From Eledone cirrhosa (taxonomy: Eukaryota), in the NCBI GenBank assembly GCA_964016885.1, contig OZ024742.1, forward strand, positions 269,018,001-269,082,000: a DNA stretch of 64,000 nucleotides, given 5' to 3'. A program made the position numbers and the translations under genes. A model generated the notes under the pieces. The model had not been told where the DNA came from. It worked only from the letters and a program-made list of their open reading frames with translations, and made no database searches. Positions 11,540 to 24,876 of the stretch are shown here, in pieces (the first letter of the stretch is position 1; each line of letters begins with the position of its first letter).

Positions 11540-14500
11540 CAGTTGCATTTATCTTGCTTTATGTTCACACGAGTTATCACCAAGTCACAACCAGTGACTT
11601 CAAGAGACAATAAGGTCCGCCATGTTCAAGGAAGAACATACATACTCACACATGCATCTTTAGTGTTTAGACTTGTGATGTACTTATATTGACAGAATCT
11701 TCCTTAGTATATGGGCAGTTCCCATTAGTACTATCTTTTGTATTTCTCCTATACGCGGGTTTCCTGGGATCTGCGATAAGTAATCATTAGACCCCTTAGG
11801 TATCATTCCTAGAGCGCCTACAACCACTGGTATTGTTTTAGTTCTCAATTTCCACATTTTTCCATTTTCTATCTCCAGGTCCTTATACTTGCTCAATTTT
11901 TCAAATGTTTTTATAGATACATTCTTGTCTATTGGAACAGACATATCGATTAGCAGGCATACCCTCTTTTTAAAGTCCTTCAATATTATATCAGGTCTAT
12001 TTGCATCTATTTTTCAGTCTGTTTGGATGCTAAAGTTCCACAAGATTGAGATGTGATCTTTTTCAAGTATGGGAGGTGGTTGATGCTCCCACCAATTCTT
12101 TTGATGGGACAGGTCAAAATGCTTACACATTATCCAATGTATGTATTGTGCAGCTCTGTCATGCCTGTTTAGGTATTCGGTTGGAGCTATAGGACTGAAC
12201 ATTGAAATTATATGGTCAATGGTCTCTGGTTGTTTTTTGCATACACGGCATAATGGGCTGCATCCATTTTTTATTATGTTGGCTTGGTAATTTTTTGTTG
12301 GCAGACACTGATCTTGTGCTGATATAATCAGTCCTTCAGTCTCAGATTTCAGTCCAGAGGATGCCAACCATTGATGGGTTAAGGTTTTGTCAACATCAGG
12401 ATTGTTAGCTCGTTCTGGGTATTTTCCATACAGAGGCTTTTCTTGCCATGTCTTAGCCAGTTGCTGTAGCAGTTCTTTCTTTGCAGTTACTTTTACCTGC
12501 TTTGCTTTTTCTGTGTTTTCCATTTCAGCAGTAAATGGGACTTCTGAAATTTGTAGTCCATTACTGTATCTTTGTGCATCTGTTGTAATGGAATATGATC
12601 TTTTGATGCTTTCGTGTTTCAAAACGAATTTGATCATCCAATCATGTGATTCCCTTAGATATGTAGATAATCCAATTGTTGCAGTTTTTAACGCAATGTC
12701 TAACTGGATTAACCCACGTCCTCCTTCTTTCCTAGGGAGATATATTCTATCTATATCTGCCTTAGGGTGATGCATTCTGTGCATGGTTAAGAATTTTCGA
12801 ATTTTTGTATCGAGCCTACGGATCTCTGTGCTTGACAAGTTGATGACATTGTAACTGTAGGTTACTACTGGTATGGCAAGCGTGTTTATGGCATCTATCC
12901 TATTCCTTGCATTCAATTCCGTTCTTAAGATTGCTCTGACTCTGCGGTAACATTCCTTCCTTATCCTTTCCCTCATTGTCGAGTGCTTCATTCCGTCTCC
13001 TTCACAAACACCTAGATATTTGTAAGTTTTTTCTTGATCAAGTTCTCTTATCACGTTCCCCCGATCAAGATTAATGTCTGAACTCTTCAGCAGCTTTCCT
13101 CTGGTGAACGTTGCTTTGGCGCATTTATCTAGTCCAAACTCCATTTTAATGTCATCACTGAACTGCTCCACAGTGGATAATAGCCCTTGCAATTGTTCAT
13201 CATTTTTTGCAAATAGTTTCAGGTCATCCATGTAGAACAGGTGATGAATGGTTTTGTCATAGACTTTATATCCATGTTTTGTTTCATTGAGCATTTTACT
13301 TAATGGTATAAGTGCGATGCTGAATAAAAGCGGTGATAAAAAGTCACCCTGAAAAATTCCACAATTAATCTTAACTTCTCCAGCTTCCAGTGATTTTGTT
13401 TCACTATTCAAAAGGAGCGTCGTTTTCCATGTCTTCATACTGAATGAGAAAAACCTCATGACAACGGGGGATATTTTGAAGATCTCTAAACATTTTTCAA
13501 TCGAACTGTGTGGCAAACTATCGAATGCTTTTTTATAATCTATCCAAGCAATCGATAGATTTTTGTGTCTATTATGACAATCTTCCAGTATCATTTTGTT
13601 AACCAGAAGCTGATCCTTACAGCCATATGAACCTCGTTTACACCCTTTCTGCTCAATGGGAAATAGGTCATTTGTTATCAGGTGGTCATGTGTGTATTCA
13701 GTTAGGACTGATGTTAAAATGTTATACATTGTGGTCAAGTAACTTATCGGTCTGTAATTTTTGGGATTGTTTGTCTCATCATTCTTCGGAAGCAGGAATG
13801 TAATGCCATTAACTAGCCATGTTGGTATCTTTTCTGGCTCCTTAACTATTTCATTGTAAAGTTGGGCTAACAGCTTACGAGACTCTGTGAAGGCATTTAT
13901 CCAAAAGTTTTGTATTTTGTCTTTTCCTGGGGATTTCCATTTGCTGGCTTTTCTTAGAGCCAAGCGCACCTGTTCTACTGTTATAGTTTCCCTTATTTGT
14001 TCCTCAAGGTGAGCTGTATCTTTCATTTGTCTGTCTATCCATGGGGCATGTATGTTATGAACATTTTCTTCGGCCCAGATCTTTTCCCAGAATTCTTGCA
14101 CTTCCTCCTTGTGTGGTATTGATTTAGCAGTTATTGTTGACTTACCAATTTTTCTGTAGAAGTTTCTTTGGTTGTTTTTGAACATATTATTGTCCTTATA
14201 GAATCTAGATCCTTTTTCAAAGCGCCTTATACAAGCAGCTTTGGCCGACACTTTTTGCTTGATTATTTCTATCAGCATGTCTATGTCACTTGTTGATTTT
14301 ATACTGTACTTTCTTTTCAATTTTCTAAGTTTAGTTTGTTTAACATGTTCACCTACTTTATAGTTTGTTAAAATTTCTATGTCAGATCGGAGAAGGTTTA
14401 TTTGGCGATTGATGTTCTCTTGCCAAGTAGATTTCTTGTGGGAATTCCTTTGTTTTTTCATCTTCACTCAACATAAGTGAGTCGTGACTTTAGCCGATGC

Positions 14501-15505
14501 ATAATAGAGATGATTTAAATCAGTAATGTTTAGTTTGTTTTTGATGATAATGTTTTTGAGAATTATGTTAGGCTTGTGTATTATCTTTTGGTTCTGTTTG
14601 GAGTTCTGGATCTTAGGGAGGGTGTCTCGTTGCCCCATGTCAGATTCTTTCATTTTCATCCATTCGATCATAATTTCATCCTTCAAGTTGGCAAGTTCAT
14701 TCTCATTCATTTCTTTATCATTTACGATCTCATTATTTTCATTTGGAGTTTCATCTTGAGCATGCACTCCCTCCACTTTTTCGATCCTTTCTTTAATTTG
14801 TTCTGTTGCCAGTGATTCCGCCCCAACCCTGGGATTCGAAGTGTTACAATTTACCTCGTTTTCACTGACACATGTTTCATTTTCCCTTCGCTGACTTTGT
14901 GCTAATAGCTTGATCTGATCAATTTCTATATCAGTTAGTAACTTTTTTCTTAAAATATTTCTTCGTATATTGGCTAGTTTGTTACTGTCAATATAGCCTC
15001 TGTTTTCGGGATGTTTCTTTTTCCAGTTGATATATGTCTGTTCTGTATTCGATGTATTTGATGGGTAGTACATGGCAGTGTAGAAAGCCTCAAGGACTTC
15101 TTTATTATCTTCTCTTGACCATTTTTCTCTCTTTTTCTTTGGATTTCTTGGTGGTGAGCATGGAGGGCCAACAGTAGGAGTATTCCGGTTATGTGAGGTC
15201 TCCAGCTCCGAAGTGATGGGAAGGTTTGAACCATTAGCTGATTTTTCGACCCCAGTCTGGTTCCTCTCTGAGGGACGCGGCCCTTTTTTACCCGATTCGG
15301 TATGAGATTTTTATCATTAGACATTTACTTTATTTTGTCGCGTTTTATCCTTATCCGCCAAGGGGTAATAATTTCGTATTACCACTTCTAGAACGAGTGT
15401 CAACCAAAACTAGAGGGGTCGTTCCCCCTAGAGACACGGCTATTCCCCGCCGGCCGCCATCCCGGTATTTCTTGGTCACAGGATTTTCTTTTTGTTGTTC
15501 TTTTT
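11540..15505 (-). mobile_element. Near full-length R4/Dong-like non-LTR retrotransposon (RT + CCHC + RLE), disrupted
   Basis: ORF pieces 15324-14974, 15073-14468, 14467-12014 and 11983-11684. Motifs KSPGKD, WIDYKKAFDSLPH, GIFQGD, HLFYMDDLKL, CRVC...HII and RPD...IDMS...KLSKY. 3' end abuts (TAA)n. Confidence 0.95.
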
Positions 15506-15569
15506 TAAATTTTTATTATCATGAGTGGTTCCTTAATGTGAGCATTGGGTGGCTTAAGAATGAAATTAT

Positions 15570-15622
15570 TAATAATTGTCTCCACTCCAGGCACAAGGCC
15601 AGCAATCACCCAGTGCATTATA
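15570..15622 (-). mobile_element. SINE 3' fragment
   Basis: AATAATTGTCTCCACTCCAGGCACAAGGCCAGCAATCACCCAGTGCATTA matches the SINE tail. Confidence 0.75.
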
Positions 15623-16449
15623 ATAATATAATATACTTTTTGCTGAAGTTGCCTGTTATTGTTATTGGCTATGTCGGTGGTGGTGCTGGGGCTTTTTATA
15701 TTGTTGGTGAGGAAGGGGGGAGCCAGCAGTGCCATATTTTTTGTTGACGTTTGGCCGGTGGCCAGGTCACTAAGTCAATCTATTTATATCTTTTGCTAAC
15801 CTCTCCCTTGTCTAGTGATACCGCCACCTTCCCCTTTCTTAAGCTAACAGGGGAATATTGGTGGTAGCAATGAAGGAGTGGTGGCGGCGGTGATGGGATA
15901 GTGGTAGCAATGATGGGTGGAGTGGTGGCGGCGGTGGCGTTGTCGTTACTGAGTTTTGTGATATGTAGTATCTATGAGTTTGTGTCGCGTATGTTTAATA
16001 TATATTGTGTTGACATATTCCCGTAAAATTGGAATTAAACATTTTGTTAAAACTTAAGACAATAATAATAGTAATTATTATTATGATGCTGGGATTGGTG
16101 GTGGTGGTGGTGAAATTGCCGTTATCTGGCTGTTATATTTAGTTTGATGGGGTAGGTGGTGTATCAAGTTTCTGGTGTTGGTGAAATTGCTGTTATTTGG
16201 CTGTTCTATATAGTGTAGACAGAGGGTGTTTTCTTCCATTTATAACCATTTTCTTTTTTGAATACAAAATATATAATACAAAATTGAATATTTGAGCGAT
16301 ATAACAATATAATATGGATCCGACATTTTATGGGACTTGATTCGGTGGTTTATGCATCATTTGTACTAAAAATTGTTATTTCACAATTGATTTAAATATG
16401 TTAAAAATCAAAAACTTACGGGAGCCATTTCATGACCTTCTACCACCAC

Positions 16450-16517
<68 letters not shown>

Positions 16518-16525
16518 GTTGTTAT

Positions 16526-18995
16526 TCCTTGAATCTCAGTCATTGATGTTGGTTAACTGGAAAGTCCGTTGGATTGAATATCAAGCCACTACCTGCAGCC
16601 TCAGATATTCAGGACGTATCGGAGGGTTCTTGCTGTTCCAAGCAAGCATGCCTTTTGAAGCGTTCCAAAAAGCGTGAAGGGGCCGATTTTCTTTAACCAT
16701 CCCTGGAAACTTTTGGAGATAGTCCCCAGTGCGCCTATGACAATCGGGATCACTTTGACTTCATGGCAGTTCCAAATCCTTTTCACCTCCCACTTTAGGT
16801 CCTGGTATCGGTTGATTTTCTCCCTCTCCTTCTCTTGCACTCTCGTGTCGAACGGGCAGGCCACATCCACAATCATACACGATCTTTTTTCTTTGTCCAC
16901 AACCACCAGGTCAGGTCTATTGTGTTCCAGTTTTTTGTCCGTCTGTATCCTAAAATCCCACAGCACCTTCACCTGATTGTTCTCCATCACCGCCTCTGGC
17001 CTATGCTCATACCATTTCTCAGAATGTGGTAAATTGTTTACTTTGCACAGGTGCCAGTGGATCACCCTGCCCATCACATCGTGTCTCCAGCCCTTATAGT
17101 GGGTCTGGGCTAGGTGTTTACACTCGGACACAATGTGAGCCACAGTCTCCTCTCTCTCTCCACAGATCCTGCACAGTGGGCTAGCCTCCTCCTTGTAGAT
17201 ATGGTGCTTCAACCACTTCGTTTTGAGGGCCTGCTCCTGCGCAGCCATTAGCATTCCTTCTGTAGGCTTTTTGAGGTCTCCTCTTCTCAACCAGTTCCAT
17301 GTCTGTGGATCTCTAAATTCAGTTTTCTCAAAGAAGGTACTATGAAGGGATTTTCCCTTAAGGCTGCTCTTCCTCCTTGATGTTATTTCCTCCTTGGACA
17401 TCCTCTGGCCTACTGTCCCCTCCTTCAGTACAGTTCTGAGCATTGGCTCCTTACCATAGGTCACGTATTTGTATAGGTTGTTTTTCTCCATCTGAACACA
17501 GTCCTCTATGCTGATAAGACCTCTTCCACCCTCAGATCTCCTTAGGTAGAGTCCATCGACATCACTCCTCTTGTGGAACATGTTGTAGATAGTCAATAGC
17601 TTCCTAGTCTTCCTATCCATTTCTTTTTGTTCAGCAACATTCCATCTCAGAATTCCCGCACTGTACCTAATAATAGACACAGCTTGGGAATTTACTGCGC
17701 TTATGGCATTTCTGCTGTTCAGATGTGACTTCAATACGCTCCTTACTCTCCGAATGTATTCAGTTCTTAACAATTCCTTCATTTTTTTGTTCTTTATGCC
17801 ATCAGCCTCCAGAACGCCCAAATACTTGTATCCTTCCTCAGAGTCAATTTCCTTTATCATCTCACCTGTTGGTATCTGGATCCCGTTACTTCTGCTCAAC
17901 CTACCCCTCTTCATCACAATGACTCCACATTTACAAATACCAAACTGCATACATATATCACTGCTGAAAATACGGACAGTGTCAACAAGCACATCCAACT
18001 CCTTCTCACTTTTCCCGAAGAGCTTAAGATCGTCCATGAAGAGGAGGTGATTGATGGTAAGCTCTCCCCTTCCCAACTTGTATCCTGCTCTCACTTTTCG
18101 CAGCATAATGGTCAAGGGCATCAGGGCAAGGACAAACAACAGAGGGGACAGGCTATCTCCCTGGAAGATACCTCTCTTGATCTTCACGTTTCCCAAGGAT
18201 ACTCCAGTTGATGTCAACTCTGTCTCCCAGGACCCCATACTCCTGCCTAGCAACTGTCTGATGTTATCTGCCACCCTGAAGATATCCAGGCTTTTGGTGA
18301 TCCAGGAATGAGGCACCATGTCAAATGCCTTTCTGTAGTCTATCCATCCCATGGCAAGATCAGTGTCTCTCCTCCTGCAATTCCCCATTACCATCTTATC
18401 AATAAGTAACTGGTCCTTTGTACCACGTGACTTCTTTCGGCATCCTTTCTGTTCGTCCGGTAACAAGTTGTTTGTGTGGAGGTGATGGTAGATTTCCTCA
18501 GACACAATGCTCGTCAACAGTTTCCACATTACGGACAGACATGTGATAGGTCTATAGTTGGTAACATCATTACCCTTGATTCGGTCTTTCATTATCAGAA
18601 CTGTGGTACCTTTTGTCAACCACTCTGGCACCTCACCCGACACCAAGCAGTCATTGAACATGGCCGTCAGCTTCGGGTGGAGGGATGTTAAATGTTTAAT
18701 CCAATACCCCTGCACACCATCTGGGCCTGGTGATTTCCAGTTGGTCAGTTTTTTGGCCTGCCCCTTAAGAGTTTCAACTGTGATACTCAAATCAGTTTGT
18801 TGTTGTGCCTGCTCACCGATCTCCCTTTGTACTGTCTCAATCCACCCTGCCTGGGCATTGTGTCTAACATCCTGCTCCCATATTCCTCTCCAGAATGTTT
18901 TAGTTTGCTCCGCCCTAGGGATCAAGTCGTTGCCTCTTTCTTTCCCCTCAAGCTGTCCAAACAGCATCTTCTGGTTGTTGTCGAACATGCGGTTA
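16526..18995 (-). mobile_element. 5'-truncated R4/Dong-like retrotransposon, second family
   Basis: Contains the 795-aa ORF 16601-18988 and is flanked by (TAA)n on both sides. Confidence 0.95.
16601..18988 (-). CDS. RT-CCHC-RLE polyprotein, uninterrupted but N-terminally truncated
   Basis: KSPGPDG, NYRPITCL, WIDYRKAFDMVPH, GIFQGDSLSPLLF, LLFMDDLKL, CRIC...HIVSEC and RPDLV...VDVACP...EKINRY. Confidence 0.9.
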   Translation of the reverse strand: MFDNNQKMLFGQLEGKERGNDLIPRAEQTKTFWRGIWEQDVRHNAQAGWIETVQREIGEQAQQQTDLSITVETLKGQAKKLTNWKSPGPDGVQGYWIKHLTSLHPKLTAMFNDCLVSGEVPEWLTKGTTVLIMKDRIKGNDVTNYRPITCLSVMWKLLTSIVSEEIYHHLHTNNLLPDEQKGCRKKSRGTKDQLLIDKMVMGNCRRRDTDLAMGWIDYRKAFDMVPHSWITKSLDIFRVADNIRQLLGRSMGSWETELTSTGVSLGNVKIKRGIFQGDSLSPLLFVLALMPLTIMLRKVRAGYKLGRGELTINHLLFMDDLKLFGKSEKELDVLVDTVRIFSSDICMQFGICKCGVIVMKRGRLSRSNGIQIPTGEMIKEIDSEEGYKYLGVLEADGIKNKKMKELLRTEYIRRVRSVLKSHLNSRNAISAVNSQAVSIIRYSAGILRWNVAEQKEMDRKTRKLLTIYNMFHKRSDVDGLYLRRSEGGRGLISIEDCVQMEKNNLYKYVTYGKEPMLRTVLKEGTVGQRMSKEEITSRRKSSLKGKSLHSTFFEKTEFRDPQTWNWLRRGDLKKPTEGMLMAAQEQALKTKWLKHHIYKEEASPLCRICGEREETVAHIVSECKHLAQTHYKGWRHDVMGRVIHWHLCKVNNLPHSEKWYEHRPEAVMENNQVKVLWDFRIQTDKKLEHNRPDLVVVDKEKRSCMIVDVACPFDTRVQEKEREKINRYQDLKWEVKRIWNCHEVKVIPIVIGALGTISKSFQGWLKKIGPFTLFGTLQKACLLGTARTLRYVLNI

Positions 18996-19020
18996 TTATT
19001 ATTATCATGTCGAACATGCG

Positions 19021-19056
<36 letters not shown>

Positions 19057-19188
19057 ATTATTATTATTATTATTATTTCCACCTAGTCTCCGAATGAAAT
19101 GTTTCAGTTCTGTCACTTACATTTCAATAGAATTTGCTCAGTAAATACTTTTAGACTTTATCATTAATACATTATTATTATTATTATG

Positions 19189-19272
<84 letters not shown>

Positions 19273-19274
19273 AT

Positions 19275-22200
19275 TGGCGACCTAGGTAGGAAATCGTATT
19301 ATCGTGAGCTCCGCAAAGATTGTTGTTTTTAGTTGTTTAAATTGCCATTTATGGAAAAGTTTTATTGTTAACTATATATAAGTGCACATACAATGTTTTC
19401 TGAAAAGGACACTCAAAAAGATTGGGGCCTTGAGCCCAAAATTTAAACTTTTATAATTATCAAACAAACATTTCTTTTAAAAAATCATGGACGACTCGCA
19501 ATCACACCTTCCTCACAAACTAACACCTCACGCCGGAACCACCATTCTAAATATTACTACGTTTGCCAACACTAAAAATATAAGAAGTAGCAATATTTTA
19601 AATTTGTCTCATGCAGATATTCATTTCCCGCCATTACCAATGACTGCAGGTGTTGTAGCCGCAACCCCCACCACCACCACAGCGACAACAGAAACAAAAG
19701 ATAAAATTAATTATCTCGTGACATCAAAATGGATTCACCCAGAATGGACTCTTCCACACCGAAGACCACTGGCGCCACCACCACCACAACTGAAACTAAA
19801 AATAACAATAACAACAACACCAACAACAACAATGAGAATAACATCGTGTCATTGGCGAAGGCAGCCATAAAATGCGAAACAATCCAGGTAACTCAGGAGG
19901 AATTAGATGAATCCAAGAGAATGGTAAAGAAAGATGGGTACAGGGTCAACCTCACTCCCCACTAAATAAAATGGAGCATCGGCATCTATGCACTGTGTCT
20001 TATCGGACGATTAACATCAGATCGCGCCGAGTGGAACGGGCATCCGAGTCCCAAATCCAAAAAGCTTTGGGACATGTGTTGGCAAAGAAAACCCACATCA
20101 GATGTGGGCAGAAATATGGAACCGTGGATCTGTTATTTGGAACACCACAGGAGGCCTGAGAACACTCCATGGCTCCATTAAGAAGTGACGACTTCACACT
20201 CATCCCAAGCTATTGTGGCGAGAGACTCGTGAAGATCAGGGTCACCCACGTTCCACCGGCCATCGAAATTCCCTGGCTAATGGCTGCCGTCCTCGGCGGC
20301 ATCGAGGCCACACCAAGATAATCGAAATAGCGAGAGAAAAGCAGGAAACTGGTCCGGATCTGGGATGGAGCTCCTGATCCAAGCGGACCAAAAAGCATTG
20401 AGGAGATCCCAGAGGTAATAGACCTCACTGACAGCAGCCACCTCACGGTAATCGCCGAGGGCAGAAGGCCTAGGTGTGTCATTTGTGGTGAAGGAACCCA
20501 CCTAAGGGCTTTCTGCCCTCAGGCTAAAAGATTGAGGCCACTTCCCTTACCCACCGCAGTGACTCAACCATCAACACCACCAGCAGCAGAAATAGCAGCA
20601 ACAACTGTAGCAGCAACAACAGAAGAAACTGTAACAGCAACAACCCCAGCAACAGTAGCAAAACCAACACCACCACCACCCAATGCGTTAAAACTAGCAC
20701 CAGCACCTACACCATCCACCACGCCATAACCAAAATCAACGCCTGTGGAGGTTTTTCCACTCCACAATCTATCGCAACTGGAGACAGATTATGACGACGA
20801 GGAGTGGAAAAAGGTATCAGCAAAAGGAAAAAAAGAAAAAGAAGCCAAAAAAGAAAAAAATTACCTTCCTTCCCCCTCCAAAATCAAAATACAGAGGGAA
20901 ACAAATAAACTATCAAACAAAAAAGTTAGGACAACTATGCCACTATCCACACCCCATCACCACAAACACCAACACCATCACCATCATTAACCCCAACACC
21001 ACCATCACCAACAGCAAAAATGTCACCAAAAAGCGAAACAGAAACAAACCCTCAACAAACGCAAATAAAACAAAACAACCAAAACGATACACACTACACA
21101 GCATTATATTTGAACAACAACCAATTATTACACTACATCCAACAAAACACTAGCATCACAGAAAAAGACTACACAACACCCTAAAAGTTCATACCGCCAC
21201 CACAAATACAAATCACTCTCCATCACACAGAAAACGTAAACGACACTAAAACGAAAATTCCCCAAAGACATCGGAGACTTCCGACAAGTACTCTCCAGCA
21301 GGATTTATAAGGAAATCCTTCCGGAGGAGGCCACAAGCAGTGAAATGGATGGAGAAACCATATTTCCTCTACGAGAAGTAAGGTAAGTGGTCTTTCCCAT
21401 CTTTTCCACTCCATTTCAACATGACCTCATTCAGAATAGTCAGCATTGGGGTCGTCATGGAAGCAGGGCCACCTGCTCAACGATCTCAGGTCACTAAACA
21501 TAGATGTAGTGGCCATCAGCGAAACCAGAATCTCCGATGCACGGGCCTTCGCACCAATCTTCGGCAACTACGATGTGTACGCATCTCCCAGCCGTCCGGG
21601 ATCGGGGGAAGGAGTTGTTGTGCTTTTTCGGAGAGGTTTGGATCTCGCCATACGAGCCATCTTCCTGGACCCAGAGGGTAAGCTGGTGGTGCTGGAAGTG
21701 ACCAGCGGAGACGGGCAAGCTTTCAGGCTAGTGGCCGTCTATGCCCGGACAAGAGCAGGCCTGATTTCTTCCGGCGTCTGGAGACCTTTCTTGGAACGTC
21801 CCGCTCTTTAGTGTTAGTGGGCGACTGGAACGCGATCTTAGATGCACGCTGGGACTGTGTTGGATTATCGGATAGTGGAGGAGGGGGCAAAAGCCTCACC
21901 AACCTACTCAGGCGTTTTGAACTCTCTGACAGGTACCGATTGGATTTCCCGAATGTGCCAATGTGTACTTGAACAAACCGCATCGAGTCATCCAGATCAT
22001 ATCTAGATAGAGTATTTTGTAGGGAAATAGATAGGTCAAGCATAGGCTGTCCACAATTCAAGATAGTCAGCTACACGGACCACAAATTCGTGATCTGTGT
22101 GCTTGACTTAGATAGGCTTTATAGACGAGTGTGAAGCTTTTCAGCGACACATCGCTCAGCTGTTCGGGGGCAGCGGCGCGCCGGATCGAGGGATGGACTT

Positions 22201-24600
22201 TAGTGTCTACCTCAACGGACTGCCGCGGCTCTCGGCCACTGAGGCGGAGTGTTTCTAAAAGCAGTTAACAGCCGCTAAAGTACGGGAGGCAATGACTGAC
22301 TGTACAAGGGGTAATCGCCTGGTTTGGATGGTCTGCCCTATGAACTTTACGTACAGATACCAGACTTGTTCGGAGGCCTCTTGGCGGATGTCTACTCCAA
22401 CTGGCAACAGAACGGGAGAATTCCCAGCTCTGTGAGCCAAGGAGCTGTGGCGCTGCTGAGAAAGGATCCGAACAAGAGGGATGAAATAGATAATTTCAAG
22501 CCCATAACTCTGCTAAACACAGAGTTCAAGATTTTGGCCAAGGTGCTAGCAAAGAGGTTGGCGCTTGTCGTTGGGGGTCTGGTGGGAGAGGCGCAGATAT
22601 GCACCATTCCCCACAGATCCATCCACGACAACCTCCACCTCATGCGATACATCGTGGAGAAGGTAGCTAGGGAACCTTGCACGGTTGGGTCCTTGATCAA
22701 TTTAGATCAATCGAAAGCTTTCGATAACGTCGACCATCGTTACCTAGCGGCAGTCCTGAGGGCGGCTGGCTTTGGGCCCATCTGCAGAGGCTGGATCGCT
22801 GCCATGCACAGCGACATCTGCTCTGTGGTGAGAGTGAACGGTCACCTTTCGGAACCGTTCAACATCATGCGCTCGGTCCGCCAAGGATGTCCCCACTCGC
22901 CCCTCTTGTACGTATTGACTCTCGAGCCATTACAGCACAAACTGGAGACGTTTAGGGGGATCCCGCGCGAACTTGGATGCAGAAGATCCGTGTCAGCATA
23001 TGCGGACGATGTCACCATAGTGGTGTCGAATGCCAAACACATCGAGCCGATCGGCACTACACTAAGAGAATACGAAGCGGTGACAGGAGCAATGATCAAC
23101 CAGGAAAAGTCAGTGGGACTGCAGCTGGGCACCTGGAGAGACAGGTCCATGCCGTCCAACAGCGTCGTCGGGAGCTGGACGGACGGAACGGTTAAATTTC
23201 TAGGGGTCTGGTTCGGTCCGAACCTCCAGAGGGACAAATACCGAGACGAGTTGACGAGCAGGGTGGCTTCTCTCACCCAGAAATGGGCGGAGTGGAAGCT
23301 ATCCCTGAAAGGCCGAGCGGCGGTGGCTAACGCGTACATCGCGTCCGTCATTTGACCGTCGTACCTTGTCCTAAGCCCCGCCTGACTGCGCTGGAGCGTT
23401 TGCACGTTCGCTTTCTGTAGAAGAGAGGCGCTTCGATAGTCAGGCGGTCCATCTGGTGTCAACACCCGCTACGTGGAGGGCTGGGCATGCCCTGGCTGAT
23501 GATGCGCAGACACTCGCTCAGGCTATGATATCTCCATCTTTTCCTCGACGGTGATCAGGTGTGGTCGCCGTTTGCTAGATGCGTCTTTCCCCAGCTCGTC
23601 TCCTTGACGGAGCTGCAGTCCTGGGTCAAGCGAAGACCGCGAGGGAGCGCTTGGAGACTGGAATATCTTCAGGCGCTCACAACTATCGACCAATCGGGCA
23701 ATGTGATCGGTGGAAACTCCACCTTGGCATTCTATAGGTGATTAGTAGAGGGGAAGAGCGACGACGTACTTGGGGAAACTCTAGGCGTCGACGAACATTA
23801 ACTAGCCAATCTCTTCGGAAGAAGGCCGGTGCCTATGGACAACTTCCAGAAAGCCCTGGCCTGGCAGTGCTACTGAGGAGCTTTGCCAGTTCGGGATAAA
23901 CTCTACAGGCATGGAGGTGCCGTCAGCCGGGCATGTCCGAGATACGCGCAGGGCGACGAAACCGTCCTGCACGCACTCGTCCAGTGTCCGAGCATTGCTG
24001 ACTTGTGGGTTTATGTCGAACACCTGCTGTCGCGTGTAGGACGGACTCGGCTATCAACTGAGTCCATCGTGAGGATTTCCCCGCCCTCTTCCTTTAGCCG
24101 GGAAGGGCAGGCAGTTTTTATCTGTCTGGTGGCCATGGCGAAAGAGATAGTATGGTGGACACGTTTGAAAGGGCTGAAGACGAGCACTTACCTCTTCGGT
24201 GATGCCCTGATTAACTTTATCAAATTTCATTTGAAAAGGAAAATCAGGATAGAGAGGGAAGTGCTCTCTTCTCAGCATTTTGTTGAAAGATGTGTGAGAG
24301 AGCCAAGAATGGCCCGAGTGAATGAGTCTACCGTGAGTATGTGTCTGTAAATTAATTGTGGAAAACTGGGAGAGGGCACTTGCCCTGGTAGTCAGGGTCA
24401 CTGTGGCCTTTTAATGGGCTTTCTCCACGAATGCCCCTCGGGAGTCTCCCCGTTTTGGGGAATTTTTCATTGTTCTTTTTTTGTTACATCCTCTGTTTTT
24501 GTTTTTTACACGCAGAAATGCCCATTTGTACCGTACTGTACTGTCCTATACTGTCCTTAATGTCTACTTTATGTAAACCCTTCTGTTTAATAAAAAAGCA
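19275..24600 (+). mobile_element. Tx1/L1-like retrotransposon copy A, degraded
   Basis: ORF1 remnants ~19487-21386 and ORF2 21421-24350 (APE GDWN/TDHK, RT RQGCP/YADD, C-terminal zinc-finger region). ~455-bp deletion near 22128. (TTA)n at both ends. Confidence 0.93.
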
Positions 24601-24668
<68 letters not shown>

Positions 24669-24876
24669 GGCGACCTACGTAGTAAATCGTATCATCGTGA
24701 GCTCTGCAAAGGTTTGTTATTTCCGTTTGTTAAAAATTGTCATTTATGGAAAATTTTATTGTTAACTGTTTATAAGCACACATACATTGTTTTCCGAAAA
24801 GGACACCCAAAAAGATTGGGGCCTTGTGCCCAGAATTTAAACTTTTATTATTATCAAAAAATTTCTTTAAAAAAAA

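Noticed and set aside
16450-16525. (TTA)n tracts as telomeric repeats
   Set aside because: Not TTAGGG. They are interstitial microsatellite targets and tails.
16674-19097. Antisense ORFs over R4, Tx1, mariner and PLE coding regions
   Set aside because: Shadow frames of genuine TE ORFs, with no independent motifs.
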